Notes under the pieces: model-generated
The model's database searches: none
Seen by the model: the letters and a program-made list of their open reading frames with translations, nothing else
Told to the model about the DNA's origin: nothing
Translations under genes and position numbers: made by a program
Assembly: GCA_963803705.1 (NCBI GenBank)
Contig: CAWDNU010000001.1
Coordinates: 128,001 to 192,000 of the forward strand
Length of the DNA stretch: 64,000 nt
Source of the DNA: an uncultured Pseudobdellovibrionaceae bacterium
GTDB taxonomy: Bacteria; Bdellovibrionota; Bdellovibrionia; Bdellovibrionales; UBA1609
Direction: 5' to 3'
In this document: positions 51,112 to 61,851 of the stretch, in pieces
How positions within the stretch are numbered: the stretch's first letter is position 1
How the letters are laid out: each line of letters starts with the position of its first letter

Positions 51112-53037
51112 TTACTTATAACTACGTGTAGCCAATTTCACATATTCGAAGTCCAGATCTTCCTGGTGTGCAGTCCATTTCGGATTATGACCCTCGCCAG
51201 TGTATTCGAAGGCTGTAGCAGTAGACCACTTTTCATCTTGTCTCAGGGCTTCGCCAGCTTCAGTCTGATACTCTTCTCTGAAATGCCCCCCACAAGATTC
51301 ATTTCGTTGAAGCGCATCAGCCGCCATCAACTGACCTAATTCAAGAAAATCAGCCACTCTAGATGCTTTTTCAAGCTCCTCATTTTTATTGTTGACTTCA
51401 CCTGGGACTTTAACATTGCTCCAGAAATCTTCTCTTAATTGACTAATACTTTTGATGGCGTTTTCAAGACCGTTTTTGTTTCTAGACATACCAACTTGTT
51501 CCCACATTATGTGGCCAAGGTCCTTGTGAAACTCATCGACAGTCTTATTGCCGTTAACTTTTAAAAGCTGACTAACTTTTAACCTAGCCTCTTCAGCACT
51601 AACTTTGAATTCATCTTGAGTGGTGCTCAGTTTTTCTAGTTTTGTCGAAGCCAAGTATTGGCCTAGCGTGGCAGGTAAAACAAAGTAACCGTCTGCTAAA
51701 CCTTGCATAAGTGCCGATGCACCCAGCCGGTTTGCACCATGATCAGAAAAGTTGGCTTCACCTAAAACATGAAGGCCTGGTAGCGTGCTCTGCAAATTGT
51801 AATCAACCCACAATCCACCCATCGTGTAGTGAACCGCTGGGAAAATTCTCATTGGAGTCTGATAAGGGTTATCGCCAGTTATTTTTTCGTACATCTGAAA
51901 AAGGTTTCCGTACTTTTCGCTGATAGCGCTTTCGCCAAGCCGGCTAATCGCATCCCTAAAATCAAGATAAACAGCTTTACCGGTTTTACCAACCCCCTTG
52001 CCTTCATCTGTCATATACTTTGCCTGCCGAGAAGCTACATCACGAGGGGCCAGGTTACCGAAACTAGGATAAACCCGTTCCAAGTAATAATCTCTGTCTG
52101 CTTCGGGAATGTCAGATGGTTTTCTTTTTTCATCTGGATTTTTTGGGACCCAGATTCTGCCGTCATTACGCAAAGATTCAGACATTAAAGTCAGTTTAGA
52201 TTGATAGTCACCAGATACCGGAATGCACGTCGGATGAATTTGTGTAAAGCAAGGGTTTGCAAAAGCAGCACCTTTTTTGTGTGACGCCCAAGCTGCACTC
52301 ACGTTAGAATTTTTTGCATTCGTGGACAAGTAGAAAACATTGCCGTAGCCACCATTGGCTAAAACGACCGCATCTGCGGCGTAAGATTCTATTTCACCGG
52401 TTATTAAATTTCTTACAGTAATTCCTCTGGCCTTACCATCAACAACCACTAAATCAAGCATTTCACGTCTAACTTTAAGATCGATCTTCTTCTCGTGCAC
52501 CTGTCTCATCATCGACGAATATGCACCTAGCAGTAGTTGCTGGCCCGTCTGCCCTCTTGCATAAAAAGTTCTAGAAACCTGCGCTCCGCCGAAAGATCTG
52601 TTTGTCAGAAGCCCACCGTAGTCTCTGGCAAAAGGAACACCTTGAGCAACAGCTTGGTCAATAATATTCACTGAAACTTCAGCTAGACGGTAAACGTTCG
52701 ATTCCCTGGCTCTAAAATCACCGCCTTTAACAGTGTCATAGAAAAGCCTGTAGACCGAATCACCATCGTTTTGATAATTTTTTGCGGCGTTAATTCCGCC
52801 TTGAGCTGCGATCGAATGAGCTCTTCTAGGTGAATCATGTATGCAAAAAGTCGTAACATTATAACCTAACTCGGCCAATGAAGCTGAGGCTGAGGCGCCA
52901 GCTAAGCCGGTACCAACCACTAGCACGTCAAACTTCCGTTTGTTAGCGGGGTTTACAAGCTTCATGTCAAATTTATGTTTTTTCCACCTGTCTTCAATTG
53001 GACCACTTGGTGCATTAGAGTCTAAATTTATACCCAC
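51112..53037 (-). CDS. sdhA: Succinate dehydrogenase/fumarate reductase flavoprotein
   Basis: 'VVGTGLAG', '[12 protein letters not shown]', 'HYTMGG', 'HGANRLG'. Confidence 0.96.
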   Translation of the reverse strand: MGINLDSNAPSGPIEDRWKKHKFDMKLVNPANKRKFDVLVVGTGLAGASASASLAELGYNVTTFCIHDSPRRAHSIAAQGGINAAKNYQNDGDSVYRLFYDTVKGGDFRARESNVYRLAEVSVNIIDQAVAQGVPFARDYGGLLTNRSFGGAQVSRTFYARGQTGQQLLLGAYSSMMRQVHEKKIDLKVRREMLDLVVVDGKARGITVRNLITGEIESYAADAVVLANGGYGNVFYLSTNAKNSNVSAAWASHKKGAAFANPCFTQIHPTCIPVSGDYQSKLTLMSESLRNDGRIWVPKNPDEKRKPSDIPEADRDYYLERVYPSFGNLAPRDVASRQAKYMTDEGKGVGKTGKAVYLDFRDAISRLGESAISEKYGNLFQMYEKITGDNPYQTPMRIFPAVHYTMGGLWVDYNLQSTLPGLHVLGEANFSDHGANRLGASALMQGLADGYFVLPATLGQYLASTKLEKLSTTQDEFKVSAEEARLKVSQLLKVNGNKTVDEFHKDLGHIMWEQVGMSRNKNGLENAIKSISQLREDFWSNVKVPGEVNNKNEELEKASRVADFLELGQLMAADALQRNESCGGHFREEYQTEAGEALRQDEKWSTATAFEYTGEGHNPKWTAHQEDLDFEYVKLATRSYK

Positions 53038-53054
53038 AATACTCTCCTCAAAAA

Positions 53055-53726
53055 CTAATTATTATAAATAAAATAAACATAAAGAGGCTGACTGATAAAG
53101 CCAGCAACTACAACAAAACTGTATATGTAACCAATGCTATCAATCACATTAAAACTCTTTAACTGACTGACAGGGCTTATCCCCAAGCTTTGGAACACAG
53201 ATCCAAACCCATGGGCTAAGTGTCCGAACATCAAGAGCATAGTAAAAACATAACCAATTACGTAAATAGGTTGGGCAAAAACATCGACGACCAGTCTGTG
53301 TAAATCACGGACCTCTTCGCCATCATAAGTAACAGTGTAATGGGTTCCATACTTGAAAGTTAATAAATGCAGAATAACGAAAGCAAAAATAACCAAACCT
53401 TGAAACCACATCGTTCTAGAAAATAGTGAAGCTTTGGATTTTACTTCTGGAGATTTAGCATACCTACTTTTTCGAGAGCCCCAATTTCTTATTGTTAAAA
53501 CGATTGCTAAAATTGCATGCAAAAAAAATATTCCAACCAGCCCTGCTTCTGCAAAATAAATTAGTGGGTTTGTGATTAGAGCATGGCCGTAAAGGTTATA
53601 GGCCTTTGGACTTACTAAAATAAGCATATTCCCAGCCATGTGAACAAAAACAAAAAGTGCTAAGCCTAATCCACCCACTGCAACAAGTTGTTTACGCCCA
53701 ATAGTTGATTTTAAAAAAACCATCAT
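53055..53726 (-). CDS. sdhC: Succinate dehydrogenase cytochrome b subunit
   Basis: Five transmembrane helices with heme-ligand His ('HMAGN', 'HL.HG'). Confidence 0.92.
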   Translation of the reverse strand: MMVFLKSTIGRKQLVAVGGLGLALFVFVHMAGNMLILVSPKAYNLYGHALITNPLIYFAEAGLVGIFFLHAILAIVLTIRNWGSRKSRYAKSPEVKSKASLFSRTMWFQGLVIFAFVILHLLTFKYGTHYTVTYDGEEVRDLHRLVVDVFAQPIYVIGYVFTMLLMFGHLAHGFGSVFQSLGISPVSQLKSFNVIDSIGYIYSFVVVAGFISQPLYVYFIYNN

Positions 53727-54002
53727 CTTTTAATCCTTTTGTGATCGCGTGTTTTGCAAACACCATTAATCTTTGATCTTAAACATTAGTTTCAACTAGG
53801 CTCGTTTACATTCTAACTGGATAAGTCTCTACGAAGTGGTAAAGTATTTAAAACGCTCACATGCCCTGATATTTAAAAAGTAGTTGAATTTCCAATAGAA
53901 GTCTATAATTCTCGCAGACTGAGACTTTATTTCGGCTATATCAACGCCCATTGGCCGAAATTTTTTTAAGATAATCTACAATTAAGGGCCATAGGAGTTT
54001 TC

Positions 54003-54773
54003 ATGTCGATTTTTGTATGTGTAAAACAAGTTCCAGACACCGAAACAAAAATAAAAATAAACGGCGACCAAACTGGTATCGATGAGTCTGCTGTAAAGTG
54101 GGTAATGAATCCCTACGATGAATTTGCTGTTGAAGAAGCTTTACTGAAAAAGCAAGCATTGGGCGCGGACAAAATAATAGCAATCAGTATGGGGCCTAAA
54201 AGATCAGTAGATGCGTTGAGAACCGCTCTAGCTATGGGAGCTGACGAGGCTGTGCATATTTTGACGGATAAGGATTTTGACTCTCTTTATACGGCTGCTG
54301 CACTAGCTGCAGGTATAAATAAATTTGGACCAGCAAAAGCTATCTTTACCGGAAAGCTTTCAATCGATGGAAATAACTCAAGCGTAGGACCACAAGTTGC
54401 TTCAGTTTTGGGCGTGCCTCATACATCTGTAGTTTCTAAATATGATGTTCAAGGCGACAAGGTTGTCGTTGAGCGTGAAATCGAGGCTGGCAGCAAAGAA
54501 ATATTAGAGATGCCAGTGGCCTCTTTAGTTAGCGCGAATAAAGGTTTAAATACACCTCGGTTTGTCAGCCTACCTGGTATCATGAAAGCAAAAAAGAAAA
54601 CTATTCATACATTAAGCATGGATGACTTAGATCTAGGTGCGGCACAGATAAACGAAGTAATTTACAAAAACTTTGAGTTACCGCCTGAAAAGCCTGAAGT
54701 TAAGATGTTAAATCCAGAAAGTGCGGCACAAGACTTGGTCAAACTTTTAAGAGACGAATCAAAAGTTATTTAA
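54003..54773 (+). CDS. etfB: Electron transfer flavoprotein beta subunit
   Basis: 'CVKQVPDT', 'MNPYDEFAVEEAL', 'ALAMGAD'. Confidence 0.96.
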   Translation: MSIFVCVKQVPDTETKIKINGDQTGIDESAVKWVMNPYDEFAVEEALLKKQALGADKIIAISMGPKRSVDALRTALAMGADEAVHILTDKDFDSLYTAAALAAGINKFGPAKAIFTGKLSIDGNNSSVGPQVASVLGVPHTSVVSKYDVQGDKVVVEREIEAGSKEILEMPVASLVSANKGLNTPRFVSLPGIMKAKKKTIHTLSMDDLDLGAAQINEVIYKNFELPPEKPEVKMLNPESAAQDLVKLLRDESKVI

Positions 54774-54786
54774 CTAGGAGCATATC

Positions 54787-55746
54787 ATGTCAATTTTAGT
54801 TTATATTGAATCCACAGATGGAAAAATCAAAAGTTCATCACTAGAGCTTATTACTGCGGCTGCAAAGACAGGACAACCATACTCGACTGTTTCGTTAAGT
54901 GATTCTGCAACAGATCCCTCAACACTAAGTGAATATGGAGTTTCTAAACATTATGATTACAAGGATGAAAAGCTTAAAATTTATAACCCTGAACTATTTG
55001 CTCAAGCGCTTCGTGAAATAGTGGTTGAAACCAAATCAGAAGTTATCTTGGGCTCAGCATCTTCAACCACTAAAGATTTGTTTCCTTCTGTGGCTGCTAA
55101 AGTTTCTGCTGGATTTGTGGCTGATGGAACTCAGCTTTTTTGGGAGGGCAAACGCTTTTCGGTTAAAAAACCAATGTACGCCGGCAAGTGCTTCTGCAAA
55201 GTTGAGTTTTCCAGTGAAAAACCCCAAATGATTTTAATGAGGCCAAATCAGTTGCCCGTTGAAAAAAGTCCGAACGCCTCTACTGAAGTCATTAGTAGGC
55301 CCTTAGCCGTTTCAGATTTTAAAACGAAAGTTATTAATATTGTAAAGGGAGCTTCTGAAAAGCTTGATTTAACTGAAGCAAATATAATTGTTTCTGGTGG
55401 GCGAGGAATGCAGAATGCTGACAATTTTAAACTTTTAGAGGAGCTAGCCGGAACCCTTGGCGCCACAGTTGGTGCCAGTCGAGCAGTTACAGACGCAGGC
55501 TGGGTTTCACACAGTATGCAAGTGGGTCAAACTGGAAAAACAGTAGCTCCATCATTGTATATAGCTTGCGGAATTTCTGGTGCCGTTCAACATTTAGCTG
55601 GGATGAGTGACAGCAAGGTTATAGTGGCAATTAATAAAGATGCTGAGGCACCTATTTTTAAGAAGGCCACTTACGGAATCGTTGGGGATGCGCTTGAAAT
55701 TATACCTCTACTTAACGAAGAGTTTAAAAAACTTCTCAACTCATAA
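54787..55746 (+). CDS. etfA: Electron transfer flavoprotein alpha subunit
   Basis: 'IVSGGRG', 'QVGQTGKTVAP', 'GISGA.QH..GM'. Confidence 0.96.
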   Translation: MSILVYIESTDGKIKSSSLELITAAAKTGQPYSTVSLSDSATDPSTLSEYGVSKHYDYKDEKLKIYNPELFAQALREIVVETKSEVILGSASSTTKDLFPSVAAKVSAGFVADGTQLFWEGKRFSVKKPMYAGKCFCKVEFSSEKPQMILMRPNQLPVEKSPNASTEVISRPLAVSDFKTKVINIVKGASEKLDLTEANIIVSGGRGMQNADNFKLLEELAGTLGATVGASRAVTDAGWVSHSMQVGQTGKTVAPSLYIACGISGAVQHLAGMSDSKVIVAINKDAEAPIFKKATYGIVGDALEIIPLLNEEFKKLLNS

Positions 55747-55755
55747 AAGCTTGAT

Positions 55756-56412
55756 GTGAGAAGACTTTTAAAATCCGAATTTTTTCAGAAGCTCTTAGTC
55801 TCTATCTTTTTGATTTTCTATAAGTCCTTGGCTCTGACATGGAGAAAGAAAATAATCTTTCATCCAGAAACTCAAAAGCTAGTAGACAGTAAGAAACCTT
55901 TCGCAATTGCTTGTTGGCATCAGAACAACTTAACTAATATGTGGCTAATCAAAGTCGTCAAAGCTTTAGTCATGGCAAGTCCAAGTTTTGAAGGTAAAAT
56001 GATCGGTTTAGCTATCGAAAGAATTGGGGGCACCATTGCCTGGGGCTCTTCAAGAAAAAAACCAGTTGCAGCACTCAAGTCTTTGGTTAGGATGACCAAA
56101 ACATCTGGAAAGTGTCCTGTCATCACTGTTGACGGCCCCATAGGTCCTAGACATCTACCTAAGCCGGGTATACTCGAAGTCGCCAGACTTGCTAGATTAC
56201 CGATTGTCCCACTAGGAACTCACGGTCAAAGCGCCTGGGTCTTAAAAAGAACATGGGACCTAACTCAAATACCCAAGCCTTTTTCCAAGGTAACTTATTA
56301 TTTTGGAGCACCTTTAGATTTTGAAAAATTACCTTCGAAATCTGTTGAAAGCATTGCTGAACTCACCAAAGAGATAACTAACGCACAGCAAAAATCTTTC
56401 GAAACTGTTTGA
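55756..56412 (+). CDS. DUF374 / lysophospholipid acyltransferase-like protein
   Basis: 'WH', 'S.S..G', 'GSS', 'TVDGP.GP', 'WD..QIPKPF'. Confidence 0.85.
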   Translation: MRRLLKSEFFQKLLVSIFLIFYKSLALTWRKKIIFHPETQKLVDSKKPFAIACWHQNNLTNMWLIKVVKALVMASPSFEGKMIGLAIERIGGTIAWGSSRKKPVAALKSLVRMTKTSGKCPVITVDGPIGPRHLPKPGILEVARLARLPIVPLGTHGQSAWVLKRTWDLTQIPKPFSKVTYYFGAPLDFEKLPSKSVESIAELTKEITNAQQKSFETV

Positions 56413-56524
56413 GATAATAATTAGGACTTTAGGTGTGTTTCAACGTTTGAACTAGCCCCTGGTGCTGTTTCAAATTAGCACTAAACTGCGTTATCCTTAT
56501 AATATGCACAAGGGGTGTAATTGT

Positions 56525-57343
56525 ATGAAATCATTTTTATTAAGTATTCTCATTTTAGTTGGACTAAGTGCCTTTTCTGCGTCTGCTCAAGTAGTAGCTA
56601 AGGTGGGAAATCAGACTATAACTCTAAAAGAGTTTCAATCAGAGTATAAAAGAGCTAAAGATAATATGCTGGCACTGCCGTACGCGCCTTCACCTAAGCA
56701 GTTTTTAGAAGATATGATTCGCTTCAAAATTGGATTGCAAGAAGCCAGAAAAAAGCAAATTACAAAAAGGCCTGACGTTAGGTTGAAAATGGAGCAGGAG
56801 CTTTACAAAGCCCTACTTGAAGTCGAACTTGCAAAGCAAGTAGAAGCTATTAGAATTAAGAAGTCTGAGGTTTCTCAGTTTTATAAGAAATTTCCAAATA
56901 TTAGAACAAGTCATATTTTGATTAGGTACCCGATAGGTGCTACTCCAGCACAGATAAGCGAAGCTCAAAATCGCACAAATAAAATTTATAACGATGTTAT
57001 GAAATCTAAGCGTCCATTCTTCGAACTAGTACAGTTATATTCCGAGGATGAAATCACCAAACCAACAGGTGGAGATATGGGATTTCAATCTATAATTAAC
57101 CTTCATCCTGCTTATTACCAAACTGCTAATCAACTTAAAGTTGGGGCTACTAGCAAACCCGTAAGGTCTAAGTTTGGCTTTCATATTATTCGTAAAACTG
57201 GTGTTCAGAGCTTTAAAAATGCTGATAAAAATCAGATCCGCATAGGCCTTTTTGATCAAAAAAGACGTGATATCGTAGATCGCTACTTTATCAATCTTAA
57301 GAAAAAGTATCCGATTTCTGTTAACGACAGTTTAATTCAGTGA
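56525..57343 (+). CDS. Parvulin-type peptidyl-prolyl isomerase
   Basis: 'SHILI', 'YSED...GGDMG', 'SKFGFHII'; signal peptide. Confidence 0.9.
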   Translation: MKSFLLSILILVGLSAFSASAQVVAKVGNQTITLKEFQSEYKRAKDNMLALPYAPSPKQFLEDMIRFKIGLQEARKKQITKRPDVRLKMEQELYKALLEVELAKQVEAIRIKKSEVSQFYKKFPNIRTSHILIRYPIGATPAQISEAQNRTNKIYNDVMKSKRPFFELVQLYSEDEITKPTGGDMGFQSIINLHPAYYQTANQLKVGATSKPVRSKFGFHIIRKTGVQSFKNADKNQIRIGLFDQKRRDIVDRYFINLKKKYPISVNDSLIQ

Positions 57344-57416
57344 GCATGGACCAAATCAGATTCATGCCATATTAATTAATAACAACCCCTAGACAAGCCC
57401 CAACCAGATATTTAGT

Positions 57417-58388
57417 ATGATTTTCATGTTAAACATTTGCCGCTGCATTTTAATTTTTACGCTTTTAGTCGCTTGTTCCAAACAAACCAAAGACAGCTTT
57501 GAAGATCCAATTATTACTGTAAATCAATCCCAGTTGTCTGGCTCTGATTTTTCGAAACGTCTAGTTCGTAAATTCGTAGAACAAGAGGTTAAGTATCCCA
57601 AGCCAGAAATTATAAATGTTTTGAAGAAACAAATTGTTGAAGATTTTATACTGCAGACAATCTTCGAAAACTATGCCCAAGAAAAAAATATTCTTGTTAA
57701 AAAAGAAGATCTTGATTTTGATTTTAAAAAATTTAAAAAAGGATTTCCAGACAGCGACAGCTTTGGAATTTTTTTAAACGAAAGTGGTCAAAGCATTAAG
57801 ACATTCAAAAAGAGTTTAAAAGAAGAGACGCTTCGAAATCTAGTCAAAAAGGATCTTTTTGAAACTCAAGATTTAAAATTAGAAAAAAAAGAGCTTTTGG
57901 ACTTTTATAATAAAAATATAGATCAATTTCAAAGAGAAGATCAAATCCATCTAAAACAAATTGTTTTTGAGTCAGACGAAGATGGTAACAAAATCAAGGC
58001 CTTGTTAAAGAAAACTGGGACTAAGAACTTTGAAAATTTAGCAAGAAAATACTCTTTGGGACCAGAAAAAAAGGACGGAGGTGATTTAGGTTGGGTAAAC
58101 ACCAGCTCTTATTCAGCCTTCGCAGAGGCAGCCAAAACTTCTAACGGTGGTATTACGGATATCATAAAAAGTGAAAATGGGTCGCATATCTTTAAGGTTG
58201 TGGATAAAAGAAAGAAAACTACATTAAGTTTTGGTGCTGTAGAGAAACAAATTGCAGAAACAATTCTTAAAGATAAAAAAAATGTTTACATTAACAGTTG
58301 GGTAAGAAAGCGGATTGGCTCTTCCAAAATAAAAGTGAACGAAGATTTACTTAATAAAATATCGGTCAATAGACCAACGAACCTTTGA
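57417..58388 (+). CDS. SurA/PrsA-like PPIase lipoprotein
   Basis: Lipobox LVAC; 'LARKYS...GGDLGW'. Confidence 0.85.
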   Translation: MIFMLNICRCILIFTLLVACSKQTKDSFEDPIITVNQSQLSGSDFSKRLVRKFVEQEVKYPKPEIINVLKKQIVEDFILQTIFENYAQEKNILVKKEDLDFDFKKFKKGFPDSDSFGIFLNESGQSIKTFKKSLKEETLRNLVKKDLFETQDLKLEKKELLDFYNKNIDQFQREDQIHLKQIVFESDEDGNKIKALLKKTGTKNFENLARKYSLGPEKKDGGDLGWVNTSSYSAFAEAAKTSNGGITDIIKSENGSHIFKVVDKRKKTTLSFGAVEKQIAETILKDKKNVYINSWVRKRIGSSKIKVNEDLLNKISVNRPTNL

Positions 58389-58401
58389 TTGAAGGATCAA
58401 T

Positions 58402-59331
58402 ATGAAAAAAGTTTTATTTGCCCTGTCGTTTTTATTTTCAATTTTGACTAATGCTAAAGTTGTAGATGAAATTTTAGTTATCGTTAACAAAAATGTTATC
58501 TTGAAAAGTGATCTGCTTAAATTGAAAAATAATATTAAGAAAGGTGTATTGTTTGACGTCGAATACGCCAGCCTCTTTGATCTTAAAGAGCTAACAGACA
58601 ACCGAAAAACCCAACTGGACTACTTAATCAGCGAGCGTTTATTTATCGATCATGCAAAGAAAAATGGTGTTTATAAAAAAGCGAAAAGCCAGCTAGATGA
58701 AGAGATCAAAAAGATTGCCAAAAGCAATCAGCTTACTTTAAGTCAATTCAAAAAAGAAATCGAGGGTCAAGGGGTAGATTTCTCCGACTATCGGTCATTT
58801 ATTTTAAAGTCTCTAATTCGGAAAAGAGTTATTGATTCTGAAATAACGTCTAGAATTGAAATTTCTGAATCAGATATCGTTCAATATCTACTTCAGAAAG
58901 GATCGTCTAATTTTGAACCAAGCTATCAGTACTCAATCTCTCATATTGTGATTCCCAACGATAGCAAGGTTGATCAAGTGTCAAATTCTATACTAAAAAG
59001 CGGTTTTGAAAAATCACTAAAGTTTTCAGAAAATCAAGAAAACAAAGGGTTTTTAGGTAGTTTCAAAAGTAACGAATTGGCCAAACCCTTTCGCTCTACA
59101 GTTAAAGATCTAAAGATTTCAGAGGTCAGTGCTCCAATCGTTATGAACAACAAGATTTTTTTCATAAGATTAGATGATAAGAAACGAATCAATGAATTAC
59201 CCGACACTCCTGAAGTCAGAAAAGCTCGCTTAGCAATTATTCAGTCCAGCATCTCTACTGAGGTGCAAGCTTGGATTGAAGAAAAAAGGCAGACTAGTCA
59301 CATAGTGGTAAAGAAAACGAGTAAGGGCTAA
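58402..59331 (+). CDS. surA: SurA-like periplasmic chaperone
   Basis: 'VVDEILVIVN..VILKSD' SurA N-terminus; precedes pdxA. Confidence 0.8.
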   Translation: MKKVLFALSFLFSILTNAKVVDEILVIVNKNVILKSDLLKLKNNIKKGVLFDVEYASLFDLKELTDNRKTQLDYLISERLFIDHAKKNGVYKKAKSQLDEEIKKIAKSNQLTLSQFKKEIEGQGVDFSDYRSFILKSLIRKRVIDSEITSRIEISESDIVQYLLQKGSSNFEPSYQYSISHIVIPNDSKVDQVSNSILKSGFEKSLKFSENQENKGFLGSFKSNELAKPFRSTVKDLKISEVSAPIVMNNKIFFIRLDDKKRINELPDTPEVRKARLAIIQSSISTEVQAWIEEKRQTSHIVVKKTSKG

Positions 59332-59336
59332 ATGAA

Positions 59337-60278
59337 ATGGCCCATATATTTCACATAACTACGGGTGATACAGACGGAATTGGTTTAGAAGTAACCTTGA
59401 AGTCCCTGATACCTGTGCTGGAAACATCATCAAGGTGCAAGTTCATAATTTGGGTGCATAAGTCGCAGGTCCCTGAAATTAAAAAATTTCTTTCACTAAA
59501 CAAAGAACTCAGAGCTTATTCCGAGTTCTTGATGAATTATGGTCAGAAAACTTCCAAGCTTTCTAAGTTCAATTTTCTTGTGAACACAAACGCTCAGCCA
59601 GCTCATTGGTTTAGTGAATGTATAAAGCTTTGTGTGCAACTAGGTGATAGCATTATTACTGCCCCACTATCTAAAACCCAAATAAAAAAAGAAGGTTTTG
59701 ATGAGATCGGCCACACCGATATTTTAAAATCTAAAACTAAATCTAAAGAACTGTACATGGCATTTGTCGGAAACTATTTTTCAATGATTTTATATTCAGG
59801 TCATGTCCCAGTTTATAAAGTTAACTACCACAAAACTTCATTTTTGAATTTTCTGAATAAAGCATTAGATTTTCACAGAAAACATAAAAATAAAAAGTCG
59901 GACTTTCTAATACTTGGCCTTAATCCCCATGCGGGTGATGAAGGAATCATAGGTAAAGATGATGAAAAAATTGCTAAGCTTGCTACCAAGTACGGTCTAA
60001 AGAAGCCGCTGGCTGCGGATTCTGCATTTGTTGATTATAGGAACTTTAAAAATGATCCTACTTTTATCTCACTTTATCACGATCAAGGCCTTATACCATT
60101 CAAAATGGCACATGGATTTTCTGGTTTTCATTTTACTTTAGGGTTACCATTTGTAAGAACTAGCGTAGATCATGGCACTGGTAAGGATATCTACGGTAAA
60201 AATAAAGCCGAGCCAACTTCAATGATTGATGCAATTCAAGGGGCAATAAATTTAAAGAAAGGGAGTAAGTTCTTATGA
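59337..60278 (+). CDS. pdxA: 4-hydroxythreonine-4-phosphate dehydrogenase
   Basis: 'GD..GIG.E', 'GLNPHAG', 'YHDQGLIPFK', 'RTSVDHGT'. Confidence 0.93.
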   Translation: MAHIFHITTGDTDGIGLEVTLKSLIPVLETSSRCKFIIWVHKSQVPEIKKFLSLNKELRAYSEFLMNYGQKTSKLSKFNFLVNTNAQPAHWFSECIKLCVQLGDSIITAPLSKTQIKKEGFDEIGHTDILKSKTKSKELYMAFVGNYFSMILYSGHVPVYKVNYHKTSFLNFLNKALDFHRKHKNKKSDFLILGLNPHAGDEGIIGKDDEKIAKLATKYGLKKPLAADSAFVDYRNFKNDPTFISLYHDQGLIPFKMAHGFSGFHFTLGLPFVRTSVDHGTGKDIYGKNKAEPTSMIDAIQGAINLKKGSKFL

Positions 60279-61681
60279 AAATTTCATCTGAAATATTTAG
60301 AGAATATGACATAAGAGGGGTTTATAAAAAGGATTTCGACGAAAATTTTTCAGAAACTTTAGGCTTTCACTATACCCAATATCTTAAATCTAAGTTGGCA
60401 AAGTCTGATATCACTCTATCTGTAGGTTATGATGCAAGACTTTCAAGCCCATCATTAACAGAAGCTTTGTGTGATGGGATAAGCAAGGCTGGCGGTTCAG
60501 TGATTCTATTGGATTTAATAACTTCGCCAATTAGTTATTTTTCCTGTTTTCAAATAGACTATCTTGACGGAGCGGTAATGGTTACCGGAAGTCATAACCC
60601 CCCCGATCATAATGGTTTTAAAATTTCTAAGGGCCAAACCACTATCCATGGCACTATTATCCAAGAGCTACGCGAGCTAATTCAAAACTCTGACATCGAC
60701 CTTTCAAAAATGTCTAAGGCAACTCGATTTAAATCATTTGATATAATAGGGCCTTATGTTGAAAGATACACAAGAGAATTTGGCAAATCGCTCAAAAATA
60801 AAACAATCAGTTACGACTGTGGAAACGGTGCTGCTGGAATCATAGTACCTAAAATGTTTGAAGCCTTAGGTTTGAAAGGTGAAATTCTATTCGCTGAACC
60901 TGATGGAACTTTTCCAAACCATCATCCAGATCCAACTATAGAAGAAAATTTAATTGATCTAAAAAATTCAGTTTTTAATAATAAATCGGAACTAGGTGTC
61001 GGCTTCGATGGAGACGCTGATAGAATTGGAGTGGTAGACGACCTGGGCCGCCATATCTATGTTGACCAATTTATGATTTTATACGCCAAGAGCATTCTTA
61101 AAAAATTCCCTAAAGCTTCCATAATTGGTGATGTGAAGTGTTCGCAAACTTACTACGATAAGATTTTGGAGTACGGAGGCAATCCCATTATGTGGAACAC
61201 AGGCCACAGTTTAATCAAAGAAAAAGTTAGAAATGAAAATGCACCCTTCGGGGGCGAACTTAGCGGTCATGTATTCTTCAACGATAGAAATTATGGATAT
61301 GATGACGCTCTTTATGCTAGCTTTCGCCTTCTTGAATGTTTAGAAGAAGAAAAATTAAAGTTGTCAGATTTTATTGATTCTCTTCCAATAACATTTACAA
61401 GCCCCGAGCTAAGAATTGAAGTCCCAGAGTCAGAAAAGTTTGAAATTGTTAATAAACTAGTGAGTAAAACTCAAAAATCTAAATTTTTAGGTGATATAAA
61501 AATTGTCGACTTAAACACTATTGATGGATTCAGAGGGCAAGTAGATGGGGGCTGGGCTTTGGTTAGGGCTTCAAACACACAATCTGCAATTACTGTTAGA
61601 TTTGAAGCTGCGAGTGAAAGCTTACTTCACTCGATGAAAGACAATATGGCATCCGAACTTGATCTAAATTTAGATTTTTGA
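60275..61681 (+). CDS. Phosphomannomutase/phosphoglucomutase
   Basis: 'FREYDIRG', 'TGSHNP', 'FDGDADR', 'GELSGH'. Confidence 0.95.
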   Translation: MKISSEIFREYDIRGVYKKDFDENFSETLGFHYTQYLKSKLAKSDITLSVGYDARLSSPSLTEALCDGISKAGGSVILLDLITSPISYFSCFQIDYLDGAVMVTGSHNPPDHNGFKISKGQTTIHGTIIQELRELIQNSDIDLSKMSKATRFKSFDIIGPYVERYTREFGKSLKNKTISYDCGNGAAGIIVPKMFEALGLKGEILFAEPDGTFPNHHPDPTIEENLIDLKNSVFNNKSELGVGFDGDADRIGVVDDLGRHIYVDQFMILYAKSILKKFPKASIIGDVKCSQTYYDKILEYGGNPIMWNTGHSLIKEKVRNENAPFGGELSGHVFFNDRNYGYDDALYASFRLLECLEEEKLKLSDFIDSLPITFTSPELRIEVPESEKFEIVNKLVSKTQKSKFLGDIKIVDLNTIDGFRGQVDGGWALVRASNTQSAITVRFEAASESLLHSMKDNMASELDLNLDF

Positions 61682-61851
61682 TGTGACCTATATTCTGGTA
61701 CAGTCAGCTACTTTATTTGGAAAAATTTATTTACGATAGCCTGCAAATTTTTGTGCAGAAACTTAACAATACTTAAGGCTTATATAAAAATTATACATTT
61801 CTGCCCGAACAAAATTCTTAGTGGTTTTTATGATTTTACCGAAAGTCTTGT